DNA of 64,000 bases from NCBI GenBank assembly GCA_035249905.1, contig DATFFT010000032.1, positions 6,778 through 70,777 of the forward strand, read 5' to 3'. The DNA is from Actinomycetota bacterium. GTDB taxonomy: Bacteria; Actinomycetota; UBA4738; HRBIN12. A program made the translations under genes and the position numbers. The notes under the pieces are model-generated. The model was not told the DNA's origin and did no database searches. It worked only from the letters and a program-made list of their open reading frames with translations. This document shows, in pieces, positions 20,207 through 29,889 of the stretch (its first letter is position 1; the number at the start of each line of letters is the position of its first letter).

Positions 20207-21388
20207 ATGGTGCATGAACGGCAAGAGATGCTCGAGAAGAGCGCGACCCTGTACTTCGGTCCGTGGTACCGCCAATCGCCCTTCTTCGCGGCGACCCGGC
20301 GGGCGGGCTGCACCGCCTACGACATCTACAACCACATGTACCTGCCCGGGTACTACGACGACCCCGAGACCGAATACTGGGCGCTGGCCAACGCCGTCAC
20401 GATGTGGGACGTCGGTGTCGAGCGCACGATCGAGGTGAGCGGGCCCGACGCCGACCGGCTGATCGACATGATCACCTGCCGAGACCTCACGACGTGCGCG
20501 GTCAAGCAGGGCAAGTACATGCTCGTGACCGCTGCCGACGGCTCGATCGTCAATGACCCCGTGCTGCTGCACGTGGGTGAGAACCGGTGGTGGATGCAGC
20601 TGGCCGACTCCGACGCCGGCCTGTACGCGCTCGGCGTCGCGGCGACCAGCGGGCTCGACGTCGAGGTCACCACGCCCGACGTGCACCCGATGCAGGTGCA
20701 GGGGCCCATGGCCGCCAAGACGCTCGAGAAGCTCGTCGGCCCCGCGATCTACGACATCAAGTACTACTGGATCGAGGAGTTCGACATCGACGGCATCCCG
20801 GTCGTGATCAGCCGCACCGGGTGGACCGCGATCCCGGGCTTCGAGGTGAACCTGCTCGATGGCGCCCGCGGCGACGAGCTCTGGGACAAGATCGCCTCGG
20901 CGGGCGCTGAGTTCGACATCCGTCCGATCGCCCCGTGCGAGGCGCGTCGCATCGAGGCGGGCATCTTCAACTACGGGTCCGACATCCGCCTGGGCGACAC
21001 CCCGTTCCACGTGATGGGGCTCGAGCGCCTCGTCGAGGAGCAGTCCCAGGACTACATCGGCAAGGCCGCGCTCGAGGAGCTCCGGGCGAAGGGTGTCGAC
21101 CGCAAGCTCGTCGGCATCGAGCTCGAAGGCGACGAGCTGCGCGCCGAGATGTCGGAGTACTGGAACGTCTCGCGCGACGGGAAGCAGGTCGGCCACATGA
21201 CCGACGCGGTCTGGTCACCCGGCCTCAAGAAGAACATCGGCTACGTGTGGGTGCCGATCGCGCTCGCCGAGGCCGGGAACCGCCTCGACATCGAGACCGA
21301 GGACGGTGAGCACCTGGTCGGCACGACCGCCACGATCCCGTTCGTGGACCCACGGAAGGAACAGCCCGCCGGCACGTTGAAGGGGTGA
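20207..21388 (+). CDS. DmdA-family (GcvT-like) aminomethyltransferase, tandem paralog
   Basis: RBS GGGAGGGG before ATG 20207. Same motif set as the upstream paralog (YRQSPFF..YDIYNHMYLP..MWDVGVERTIEVSGPD..NDPV..PMQVQGP). Roughly 45-50% identical to it by eye. Confidence 0.8.
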   Translation: MVHERQEMLEKSATLYFGPWYRQSPFFAATRRAGCTAYDIYNHMYLPGYYDDPETEYWALANAVTMWDVGVERTIEVSGPDADRLIDMITCRDLTTCAVKQGKYMLVTAADGSIVNDPVLLHVGENRWWMQLADSDAGLYALGVAATSGLDVEVTTPDVHPMQVQGPMAAKTLEKLVGPAIYDIKYYWIEEFDIDGIPVVISRTGWTAIPGFEVNLLDGARGDELWDKIASAGAEFDIRPIAPCEARRIEAGIFNYGSDIRLGDTPFHVMGLERLVEEQSQDYIGKAALEELRAKGVDRKLVGIELEGDELRAEMSEYWNVSRDGKQVGHMTDAVWSPGLKKNIGYVWVPIALAEAGNRLDIETEDGEHLVGTTATIPFVDPRKEQPAGTLKG

Positions 21389-21527
21389 CCGGCGTCCGGC
21401 GATCCGGCCGGTCCCCGGAACATCATCGGTGTCTCTCAGCGTTCTCCCAGCTGAAACCCCTAGCGTGGGGGCGTGGAACCACGCGATGTGGGATAGGAGC
21501 ATCCTGATGGCTGATGGGAGATCCTCG

Positions 21528-22637
21528 ATGAGACGAACGACGATCGTGATGCTGGCGACGCTCGCCCTGACGGCGAGCGCCTGCTCGCTGTCCTTCGGTG
21601 AGGGGGGAGATCAGGGCGGAGGTGCCGGACTCACCAGCGCCGACACCTCGGCGGCGCCGCTCGATCCCGGCAAGGAGCCGGTCGCGGCGGTGGTCGATCG
21701 CGTGCTTCCCTCCGTCGTCAACGTGACCACCGACGTCTACCAGGCCGACGGCAGCTCGGGCCAGGGCGTCGGCACCGGGTTCATCGTCCGCGAGGACGGC
21801 GTCATCGTGACCAACTGTCATGTCGTGGAGGGTGGCTCGCGGCTCACGGTGTTCCTCTCCGACGAGGATCGCACCGAGTACGAGGCGCGGCTGATCGGAG
21901 CCGACTGCCTGAACGATCTGGCCGTGCTCGACATCGACGAGGAAGGGCTCCCGACCGTGCCGCTCGGCGACTCCGGGGGCCTGCGCCTCGGCCAACGTGT
22001 GGTCGCGCTCGGCTACGCGCTCGGCCTCGAGGGCGGGCCGACCGTGACGACCGGTATCGTCTCGTCGCTCGATCGAACGATCGAGGCGCAGGACCCGAAC
22101 TGCCGAGCGTGCCCCAACCGCGTCCGGACCTACCCGAGCGTCATCCAGACCGACGCTGCGATCAACCCGGGCAACTCGGGCGGACCGCTCGTCGACATGC
22201 GGGGCCGCGTGGTCGGCATCAACTCCGCCGGCAACGGCCAGGCCGAGAACATCGGCTTCGCGATCAAGATCAACTTCGTGCGCGAGACGATCCAATCGTC
22301 GATCGAGGACCCGCTCGCGGCGACCGGCTACCTCGGCGTCTCCACGACCGCGGTCACGCCCGACCTCCGGTTCCAGCAGAACCTGTCCGTCGAGACAGGC
22401 GCCTTCGTCGTCGGCACCTTGGCCGACGGGCCGGCGGCCGCGGCGGGCATCGGAGAGGGCGATGTGATCGTGGGGCTGAACGGCGAGGCGGTCGACTCAC
22501 CCGACGACCTCGGCGCGGTGCTCGACGGGCTGAAGCCCGGCGACGCCGTCTCGGTGGAGCTCGCCGAGCCGGAGGGTGGTACCCGCACGGTCGAGGTGGA
22601 GCTCGCCGCGCGGCCGCTCCCGGTCGAGATCCCGTAG
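21528..22637 (+). CDS. HtrA/DegP-family serine protease with PDZ domain
   Basis: Trypsin-like catalytic motifs (VVTNCHVV His, D, GNSGGPLVD Ser) plus a C-terminal PDZ domain (GDVIVGLNGEAV). Lipoprotein-like signal MRRTTIVMLATLALTASAC. Confidence 0.88.
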   Translation: MRRTTIVMLATLALTASACSLSFGEGGDQGGGAGLTSADTSAAPLDPGKEPVAAVVDRVLPSVVNVTTDVYQADGSSGQGVGTGFIVREDGVIVTNCHVVEGGSRLTVFLSDEDRTEYEARLIGADCLNDLAVLDIDEEGLPTVPLGDSGGLRLGQRVVALGYALGLEGGPTVTTGIVSSLDRTIEAQDPNCRACPNRVRTYPSVIQTDAAINPGNSGGPLVDMRGRVVGINSAGNGQAENIGFAIKINFVRETIQSSIEDPLAATGYLGVSTTAVTPDLRFQQNLSVETGAFVVGTLADGPAAAAGIGEGDVIVGLNGEAVDSPDDLGAVLDGLKPGDAVSVELAEPEGGTRTVEVELAARPLPVEIP

Positions 22638-22680
22638 CCGAACCGGCACCTCGCGGGACCCGTGCGTTAGCCTGGGTCCC

Positions 22681-22881
22681 GTGAAGGTGAGGCTCCGCAA
22701 CCCCGACCGCGAGGTCGAGCTGCACGGAGGGCGACCGATCCGCGAGGTGCTCGCGGAGCTCGACGTCGACCCCGACACCGTGCTCGTGATCCGCGCCGGG
22801 GAGCTGGTGACCCGTCACGAGAACGTCGGTGAGGACGACGAGCTCGAGATCCGTCCGGTGATCTCCGGGGGCACCGCATGA
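22681..22881 (+). CDS. ThiS/MoaD-fold sulfur-carrier protein, TtuB-like, ending GG-TA
   Basis: 66 aa from GTG 22681: VKVRLRNPDREVELHGGRPIREVLAELDVDPDTVLVIRAGELV...ELEIRPVISGGTA. The ubiquitin-like beta-grasp pattern resembles Thermus TtuB. Stop overlaps the ttuA start (ATGA). Confidence 0.65.
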   Translation: MKVRLRNPDREVELHGGRPIREVLAELDVDPDTVLVIRAGELVTRHENVGEDDELEIRPVISGGTA

Positions 22882-23876
22882 AGTGCAAGCGCTGCAAGGG
22901 GACCGCGGTCATCGAGGTCCGCCGGCACAACGCCGCGTTCTGCAAGGCGTGCTTCACTCACGTGTTCACCGAGCAGGTCCGCACGGCGATCCGGCGGTTC
23001 GACATGTTCGAGCCGACCGACAGCATCCTGGTCGCGGTCTCGGGGGGAAAGGACTCGCTCGCACTCTGGGATGTCCTGCTCGGCCTGGGATACGAGGCCA
23101 CCGGCCTGTACCTGGGTCTCGGCATCGGCGGGTACTCCGATCGTTCGCACGATGCCGCCGCCGCGTTCGCGGGAGCCAGTGGGGCCGAGCTCCGCGTCGT
23201 CGACCTCGCCGACGAGTACGGCTACGACATCCCGACGGCGGGACGGAAGGGCTCTCGTTCCACGTGCGCTGTCTGTGGGCTCTCGAAGCGCTACGTCTTC
23301 AACCGGGCCGCGGCCGACGGTGGGTTCGACGTGATCGCGACCGGGCACAATCTCGACGACGAGGCCGCAACCTTGCTCGGGAACACGCTGCGTTGGAAAA
23401 CCGACTACATCGCGCGGCAGTCCCCGGCCCTGCCGGCGAGGGACGGCATGGTCAAGAAGGTCAAGCCGCTGCACCGCCTGAGCGAGCTCGAGACGGCCGC
23501 GTACGCGTTCCTCCGGGGCATCGACTACGTGGTGGAGGAGTGCCCCCTCGTCGCCGGGAACACCCAATTGCGCTACAAGAACGCGATGAACACGATCGAG
23601 GCGACGAGCCCCGGCACGAAGGCGCAGTTCCTCTTCGGGTACCTCGACCGCGGCATGCGGCTGTTCGCGGGCCACGACGAGGTGGCGCTCGTCCCGTGCG
23701 GTTCCTGCGGGCAGCCCACGACCGGCCGGTTCTGTGCGTTCTGCCGGGCGCGCGCGCAGATCCTGGGCGAACGTCTCGGAGCGGCCGATCGCCCGGGTAC
23801 CGACGATCGTGAGGTGGCTCGCTGGCTGTCCGACGAGGTGCTGCCGGCCGAGATCTACGGCAGGGCCGAGGTGTGA
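22878..23876 (+). CDS. ttuA: tRNA 2-thiouridine(54) synthetase TtuA-like PP-loop ATPase
   Basis: N-terminal Zn finger CKRCKG..FCKAC, PP-loop SGGKDS, central CAVCG, C-terminal CGSCGQPTTGRFCAFC. Near-colinear with T. thermophilus TtuA. Confidence 0.85.
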   Translation: MKCKRCKGTAVIEVRRHNAAFCKACFTHVFTEQVRTAIRRFDMFEPTDSILVAVSGGKDSLALWDVLLGLGYEATGLYLGLGIGGYSDRSHDAAAAFAGASGAELRVVDLADEYGYDIPTAGRKGSRSTCAVCGLSKRYVFNRAAADGGFDVIATGHNLDDEAATLLGNTLRWKTDYIARQSPALPARDGMVKKVKPLHRLSELETAAYAFLRGIDYVVEECPLVAGNTQLRYKNAMNTIEATSPGTKAQFLFGYLDRGMRLFAGHDEVALVPCGSCGQPTTGRFCAFCRARAQILGERLGAADRPGTDDREVARWLSDEVLPAEIYGRAEV

Positions 23877-24652
23877 GCCGAACGTTCGAGGCGGGCGACC
23901 GGGCCTTGCTGATCGACCAGCGCGACCGCACGTACCTGGTCAGGCTCGAGGTGGGAGCCACGTTCCACACGCACAGCGGCACGCTCGACCACGACGCCCT
24001 GATCGGCGCCGCCGAAGGCACCCGGTTCGAGACCTCGCGCGGCATGGTCCTCATGGCCTACCGCCCCAGGTTCGCCGACTTCGTGCTGAAGATGCCCAGG
24101 GGGGCACAGGTCGTCTATCCCAAAGACGTCGGGCCGATCGTGACCTATGCCGACGTTTACCCCGGCGCCAAGGTGATCGAGGCCGGCACGGGATCGGGCG
24201 CCCTCACGATCGCGCTCTGCCGCGCGGTCGGCGACGGTGGACGCGTCGTCTCCTACGAGGTGCGGAACGAGCATCGCGAGACGGCGGTCGCCAACATCGA
24301 GGCCTTCTTCGGCAAGATGCCCGACCAGGTCGATCTGCGCCGGGGGAGCGTCGGCGAGGTCGCCGGCGCCGACGAACGGTTCGACCGAGCGGTGCTGGAC
24401 CTGCCGGATCCGTGGACGGCGCTCGTGGCCCTACACGCCGTGCTGGAGCCGGGCGGCATCGCCTGCGCCTACCTGCCGACGACCGTGCAGGTGCAGCAGC
24501 TCGTGCTTGCCTTGCCGGGCAATGGATTCCAGCACATCGAGACCTTCGAGACCCTGCACCGAGGGTGGCACGTGAAGGAACGCAGCGTGCGACCGGATCA
24601 CCGGATGGTTGGACATACCGGGTTCATCACGATCGCCCGCCGTGAGGCATGA
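23873..24652 (+). CDS. trmI: tRNA (adenine58-N1)-methyltransferase TrmI
   Basis: 259 aa. SAM-binding VIEAGTGSGALT. Organisation as in M. tuberculosis Rv2118c, located upstream of the mpa/proteasome genes. Confidence 0.85.
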   Translation: MSRTFEAGDRALLIDQRDRTYLVRLEVGATFHTHSGTLDHDALIGAAEGTRFETSRGMVLMAYRPRFADFVLKMPRGAQVVYPKDVGPIVTYADVYPGAKVIEAGTGSGALTIALCRAVGDGGRVVSYEVRNEHRETAVANIEAFFGKMPDQVDLRRGSVGEVAGADERFDRAVLDLPDPWTALVALHAVLEPGGIACAYLPTTVQVQQLVLALPGNGFQHIETFETLHRGWHVKERSVRPDHRMVGHTGFITIARREA

Positions 24653-24838
24653 TCCGGCGGTGTCGCCGCCGCGCGATACGGTCCTCGCAGGGAGCGCGCG
24701 CGGGAACTACCTAGGAATGGGCATTACACGTTCACCGAGAACTTCCGTATGACTAAGGAAGGAGACTCGAGCAGCGCTCCACGGCAACAGGGGGAGCTGG
24801 GGGTACCATCCGGCTCGACCCCGCTGGAGGTGACACCC

Positions 24839-26578
24839 ATGGCGGATCGAGAGCAGGTCGAGCGGTACGACGCTCAGGTGCAGGAGCTCCGGGGACAGGT
24901 GAAGTTCCTGGAGGAAGAGATCGGCCTGCTCCGGCGTCGCCTCACGAACGCTCCACGCCAGGTCACCGTCCTCGAAGGGAAGCTCGTCGAGGCGCGCGAG
25001 CAGCTCGAGCGCGCGGTCTCCCAGAACCAGAAGCTCGCCGACGCCCTCCGCGCCGAGCGCGACAAGATCGAGTCGCTCGCCGAGGAGGTCGAGAAGCTCT
25101 CCCAACCCCCGGCGTCGTTCGGCATCTATCTGACCAGCAACGACGACGGCTCGCTCGACGTGTTCACCGCGGGCCGCAAGATGCGTGTGATGGCCGCTCC
25201 CGACGTCGACGAACGGACCCTGCGACCCGGGGCGCAGGTCGTGCTGAACGATTCGCTCAACGTGGTCGAGGTGGTCGACCCCGAGCGTTCGGGTGAGGTC
25301 GCGAAGGTCAAGGATCGGCTCGGCGACGATCGCGTGATCGTGGTCGGCCGCGGCGACGAGGAGTACGTCGCGCATCTCGCGGGGCATCTGCTCGGGTCGC
25401 ACGTGCGAGCCGGCGACAACGTGCTGTTCGACGGTCGTTCCGGCGTCGCGACCGAGCTGCTTCCCAAGGAAGAGGTCGAGGAGCTCGTGCTCGAGGAGAT
25501 CCCCGACGTGAGCTACGAGGACATCGGCGGCCTCGAGGGTCAGATCGATTCGATCCGCGACGCGGTGGAGCTGCCGTTCCTGTACGCGGAGCTGTTCGCC
25601 GAGCACGAGCTCGAGGCGCCGAAGGGGGTGCTCCTGTACGGGCCCCCCGGCTGCGGAAAAACGCTGATCGCCAAGGCGGTCGCGAAGTCGCTCGCCGAGA
25701 AGGTGGCGGAGCGCACCGGCCGCTCCGACGCCCGCAGCTACTTCCTCAACGTCAAGGGTCCCGAGCTGCTCAACAAGTACGTGGGGGAGACCGAGCGACA
25801 GATCCGAGAGATCTTCATCCGCGCGAAGGAGCGGAGCGAGGAAGGTCTCCCAGTGATCGTGTTCTTCGACGAGATGGACTCGATCTTCCGCACGCGGGGC
25901 ACGGGCATCTCCAGCGATGTCGAGTCCACGATCGTGCCGCAGCTGCTGTCCGAGCTCGATGGGGTCGAGACGCTGAAGAACGTCATCGTCATCGGGGCGT
26001 CGAACCGCGAGGACCTGATCGACCCCGCGATCCTTCGCCCGGGCAGGCTCGACGTGAAGATCAAGATCGAACGGCCGAACCAACAGCAGGCGGCCGACAT
26101 CATGTCGAAGTACCTGCACCCGGTGGTCCCGATCCACCCCGACGAGGTGTCTCGGTACGGCGACGACGCCGCTCAGGCATGTCGCCGCATGATCGAGAAG
26201 ACGGTCGAGCAGATGTACGACCAGAACGAGCGGAACCGGTTCCTCGAGGTCACGTACGCGAGCGGCGACAAGGAGATCCTGTACTTCAAGGACTTCAACT
26301 CCGGTGCGATGATCGAGAACATCGTGCGCAGGGCGAAGAAGGACGCGATCAAGCGATTCCTGTCGATGGGCGACAAGGGCATCAAGACCGACGACCTGTT
26401 GACCGCGATCCGAGACGAGTTCAAGGAGAACGAGGACCTCCCCAACACGACGAACCCCGACGACTGGGCACGCATCTCCGGCAAGAAGGGCGAACGGATC
26501 GTCTACGTGCGCACGCTCCTCGGCCACGACGGCGACGGGCGTCAGGTCGAACGCGTGAATGCCGGGCAGTACCTGTAA
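24839..26578 (+). CDS. mpa: proteasome-associated AAA+ ATPase Mpa/ARC
   Basis: N-terminal coiled coil, OB domains, Walker A GPPGCGKT, Walker [12 protein letters not shown]-terminal GQYL proteasome-docking motif. Start set at ATG 24839 (RBS GGAGGTGA); upstream ATG 24749 is an in-frame alternative. Confidence 0.93.
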   Translation: MADREQVERYDAQVQELRGQVKFLEEEIGLLRRRLTNAPRQVTVLEGKLVEAREQLERAVSQNQKLADALRAERDKIESLAEEVEKLSQPPASFGIYLTSNDDGSLDVFTAGRKMRVMAAPDVDERTLRPGAQVVLNDSLNVVEVVDPERSGEVAKVKDRLGDDRVIVVGRGDEEYVAHLAGHLLGSHVRAGDNVLFDGRSGVATELLPKEEVEELVLEEIPDVSYEDIGGLEGQIDSIRDAVELPFLYAELFAEHELEAPKGVLLYGPPGCGKTLIAKAVAKSLAEKVAERTGRSDARSYFLNVKGPELLNKYVGETERQIREIFIRAKERSEEGLPVIVFFDEMDSIFRTRGTGISSDVESTIVPQLLSELDGVETLKNVIVIGASNREDLIDPAILRPGRLDVKIKIERPNQQQAADIMSKYLHPVVPIHPDEVSRYGDDAAQACRRMIEKTVEQMYDQNERNRFLEVTYASGDKEILYFKDFNSGAMIENIVRRAKKDAIKRFLSMGDKGIKTDDLLTAIRDEFKENEDLPNTTNPDDWARISGKKGERIVYVRTLLGHDGDGRQVERVNAGQYL

Positions 26579-26587
26579 GGTGGCCGC

Positions 26588-28072
26588 GTGGCCATCCCCA
26601 AGGTCTTCGGGACCGAGACGGAGTACGGCATCGCGGCGGCCGGTGCGCCCGATTTCAACCCCGTCCTGTCGTCGTCGCTGCTGATCTCGACCTACGCCGG
26701 CTCGCTCAGACGCATCCGCTGGGACTACGAGCAGGAGTCGCCGCTGCGCGACGCTCGCGGCTTCGAGCCGACCCCGGTCCGCGAGGGGAGCGACGAGGAC
26801 CTGGGGCTGGCGAACGTGATCCTGCCCAACGGCGCGCGGTACTACGTCGATCACGCGCACCCCGAGTACTCGACGCCCGAGTGCATCACGCCGAAGGAGC
26901 TCGTGGTGCACGACAAGGCCGGGGAGCGCATCCTCGAGCGATCGCTGCGCGAGGTGGCGAAGGCGATGCCGAGCGCGCCGCGTCTGTCGATCTACAAGAA
27001 CAACTCCGACGGCAAGGGGAACAGCTACGGGACCCATGAGAACTACCTGGTGGACCGGGCGACGCCGTTCGGTGACATCGTGCGCGATCTCACCCCGTTC
27101 TTCGTGACGCGCATCGTGTTCACGGGCGCCGGCAAGGTCGGAGCCGAATCCCCGTGGGACGAGCGGGGACAGGCGATCTACCAGCTCACGCAGCGAGCGG
27201 ATTTCTTCGAGACCGAGGTGGGGCTCGAGACGACGCTGAAGCGGCCGATCATCAACACGCGAGACGAGCCGCACGCCGACCCGGAGCGGTACCGACGGCT
27301 ACATGTGATCGTCGGCGACGCGAACCTGTGCGAGGTGACCACCCTGCTCAAGGTCGGCACCACCGCGATCGTGCTCAAGATGATCGAGGACGGGTTCCTG
27401 CCCGACCTCTCGATCGCGAACCCCGTGCAGGCCCTGCACGAGATCTCCCGCGACATCACGTGCACGCACGAGGTCGCGTTGGACGACGGTCGGCGCGTGA
27501 ACGCGGTGCAGCTGCAATGGGAATACCTCGAGCACGCGAAGAAGTACGTGGAGCGCGAAGACGACACGCCCGAGAACCGCGACGTGCTGGAACGATGGGA
27601 AGGGGTGCTGAGCGGCCTGGAGACCGACCCCGCCACCCTGCATCGTGAGCTCGACTGGGTCGCGAAGCATCGCGTGCTCCAGGCCTATCGCGATCGGGAC
27701 GGTCTCGAATGGAACGACCCGAAGCTTCGGGCGATCGACCTGCAGTACCACGATGTTCAGCGCGACAAGGGGCTGTACTACCGGCTGGAAGCCGCCGGAA
27801 AGGTCGAGCGGGTGAGCACCGACGACGAGGTCGAGATCGCGGTGATGGATCCCCCCATCGACACTCGAGCGTATTTCCGTGGGCGATGCATCGACAAGTA
27901 CCCCGATGCGATCGCGGCGGCATCGTGGGACTCGTTGATCGTCGACACGGGGGCAGAAGCCCTGCAGCGCATCCCGATGCGTGAGCCGCTCCGGGGAACC
28001 AAGGCGCACGTCGAGGGGTTGCTCGCCACGAGCGACGACGCCGCCTCGCTCGTGGCGAAGCTCCAGGGCTGA
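26588..28072 (+). CDS. dop: Pup deamidase/depupylase Dop
   Basis: 494 aa. KVFGTETEYGI N-terminus. Homologous to PafA but aligns with M. tuberculosis Dop (RWDYEQESPLRDARGFEP). Confidence 0.9.
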   Translation: MAIPKVFGTETEYGIAAAGAPDFNPVLSSSLLISTYAGSLRRIRWDYEQESPLRDARGFEPTPVREGSDEDLGLANVILPNGARYYVDHAHPEYSTPECITPKELVVHDKAGERILERSLREVAKAMPSAPRLSIYKNNSDGKGNSYGTHENYLVDRATPFGDIVRDLTPFFVTRIVFTGAGKVGAESPWDERGQAIYQLTQRADFFETEVGLETTLKRPIINTRDEPHADPERYRRLHVIVGDANLCEVTTLLKVGTTAIVLKMIEDGFLPDLSIANPVQALHEISRDITCTHEVALDDGRRVNAVQLQWEYLEHAKKYVEREDDTPENRDVLERWEGVLSGLETDPATLHRELDWVAKHRVLQAYRDRDGLEWNDPKLRAIDLQYHDVQRDKGLYYRLEAAGKVERVSTDDEVEIAVMDPPIDTRAYFRGRCIDKYPDAIAAASWDSLIVDTGAEALQRIPMREPLRGTKAHVEGLLATSDDAASLVAKLQG

Positions 28073-28158
28073 TCGGATCCCTGTGGCCCGGCGCTCCAGC
28101 GCCTGGATGGCGGGTCCGAAACCCCCGGTAGGATAGGCGCATCGAAAGGAGCCGAGCC

Positions 28159-28359
28159 GTGCCGCAGGAGCAGGAGCAGAAGAAGGCACAGCGCAAGGGC
28201 GGTGGCGACTCCGACGCCGACGCCGCCCAGGTGCGATCGTCCTCCAAGGCCTCCGAGCTGAAGGAGGAGATGGACGACATCCTCGACGAGATCGACTCGG
28301 TCCTCGAGGAGAACGCCGAGGAGTTCGTCAAGAGCTACGTGCAGAAGGGCGGCGAGTGA
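28159..28359 (+). CDS. pup: prokaryotic ubiquitin-like protein Pup (C-terminal GGE)
   Basis: 66 aa, acidic and disordered. DDILDEIDSVLEENAEEFVKSYVQKGGE. RBS AAAGGAG before GTG 28159. Confidence 0.93.
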   Translation: MPQEQEQKKAQRKGGGDSDADAAQVRSSSKASELKEEMDDILDEIDSVLEENAEEFVKSYVQKGGE

Positions 28360-29156
28360 CCGAACCCGTCCTGCCCCTATCGGGCGCGTCGTTCGGCGCG
28401 AACCCGAGCTTCGTCGACCTGCTCCGCGACGCCCGGCCCGGCGAGCTCGCCCATCTCCGACAGACCGTTTCGACCGAGATGGCGGCGGGCGTGCCGCATG
28501 GCACCACGGTGCTGGGGCTGATCTACGCCGACGGGGTGCTCGTCGCCGGCGACCGACGGGCGACGGCCGGGTACACGATCGCCGACGACACGATGCAGAA
28601 GGTGTTCCCCGCCGATGACTACTCGGCGATCGCGATCGCGGGAGCCGCAGGCATGGCGGTCGAGCTGGTTCGGTTGTTCCAGCTCGAGCTCGAGCACTAC
28701 GAGAAGCTCACCGGCGACCGGCTCTCGTTGGAGGGCAAGGCCAACAGGCTCGCCCAGCTCATCCGGCAGAACTTCCCGCTCGCGATGCAGGGGCTCGTCG
28801 TGGTGCCGCTGTTCGGCGGGTTCGACGAACGCCGCGACGCGGGACGGCTCTTCTACTACGACGCGACCGGGGGCCGGTGGGAGGAAGACGACTACCAGGC
28901 CACGGGCTCGGGCAGTCAGCCGGCGAAGAACTCCCTGAAGAAGCGTTGGCGAGATGGTCTGCCGCGAGACGAGGCGATCAGGGTGGCGGTCGAAGCGCTG
29001 CTCGACGCCTCCGAAGACGACGTCGCGACCGGCGGACCGAGCGTCTACCGAGGCATCTACCCGAACCTGCTGGCGGTCTCCGTCGGGGGCGCCGACGAGG
29101 TGCCCGAAGCGGAGGTCGAGGCCGCGGTGAACGCCGTGCTCGAGGAGCGCGCCTGA
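28356..29156 (+). CDS. prcB: 20S proteasome beta subunit
   Basis: Propeptide followed by the HG|TTVLGL processing site, the canonical Thr1 position. Overlaps the pup stop (GTGA). Confidence 0.92.
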   Translation: MTEPVLPLSGASFGANPSFVDLLRDARPGELAHLRQTVSTEMAAGVPHGTTVLGLIYADGVLVAGDRRATAGYTIADDTMQKVFPADDYSAIAIAGAAGMAVELVRLFQLELEHYEKLTGDRLSLEGKANRLAQLIRQNFPLAMQGLVVVPLFGGFDERRDAGRLFYYDATGGRWEEDDYQATGSGSQPAKNSLKKRWRDGLPRDEAIRVAVEALLDASEDDVATGGPSVYRGIYPNLLAVSVGGADEVPEAEVEAAVNAVLEERA

Positions 29157-29842
29157 TGTCGTTCATGCCCTACGTCGCACCCGAGCAGATGATGAAGGAC
29201 CGCTCGGAGTACGCGCACAAGGGCATCGCGCGCGGACGTTCGGTGATCGGCCTCGAGTACGCCGACGGCCTGCTGTTCATCGCCGAGAACCCCAGCGCGT
29301 CGTTGCACAAGATCAGCGAGATCTACGATCGCATCGCGTTCGCCGGCGTCGGGAAGTACAGCGAGTTCGAGGACCTGCGCATCGCCGGTATCCGACTGGC
29401 AGATCTCCGTGGATTCTCCTACGGCCGTGAGGACGTGAAGGCTCGCGACCTGGCCAACGCCTACAGCCAGGCCCTGTCGACGATCTTCACCCAGCAGATG
29501 AAGCCGTACGAGGTCGAGATCCTCGTCGGGGAGGTCGACGGCGACGCCTCAGGCACGGCGATCTACCACATCCTGTTCGACGGCTCGGTGACCGACGAGC
29601 ACGGATTCATCGCGATGGGGGGCCATGAGGAGGATCTGACCGGATCGCTCCGCGACCGGTTCCAGGCCGGATGGGATCTGGCGACGGCCGTGAAGACCGC
29701 GGCCGAGGTGTTGGGGTCGCCCGACGGCCGCACGATCGAAGCGGGCTCGATCGAAGCCGGGGTCCTCGACCGCACCAGGACCCAACGCCGCAAGTTCCGT
29801 CGCCTCGAGGAGCCCGAGATCGCCCAGCTGCTCGCAGGCTGA
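29156..29842 (+). CDS. prcA: 20S proteasome alpha subunit
   Basis: ATG 29156 overlaps the prcB stop, in frame with ORF 28877..29842. SFMPYVAPEQMMKDRSEYAHKGIARGRSVIGL is typical PrcA. Confidence 0.9.
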   Translation: MSFMPYVAPEQMMKDRSEYAHKGIARGRSVIGLEYADGLLFIAENPSASLHKISEIYDRIAFAGVGKYSEFEDLRIAGIRLADLRGFSYGREDVKARDLANAYSQALSTIFTQQMKPYEVEILVGEVDGDASGTAIYHILFDGSVTDEHGFIAMGGHEEDLTGSLRDRFQAGWDLATAVKTAAEVLGSPDGRTIEAGSIEAGVLDRTRTQRRKFRRLEEPEIAQLLAG

Positions 29843-29889
29843 ACCCGATCCGTCCTTGTTCCATCTCCGACCCGGCGTAGTCTTGCCGG

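Noticed and set aside
18592-20313. 573-aa minus-strand ORF
   Set aside because: Antisense to the DmdA-family genes. GC artefact.
24707-27274. 855-aa minus-strand ORF
   Set aside because: Antisense to mpa and dop. Low-complexity Arg/Leu/Val translation, no motifs.
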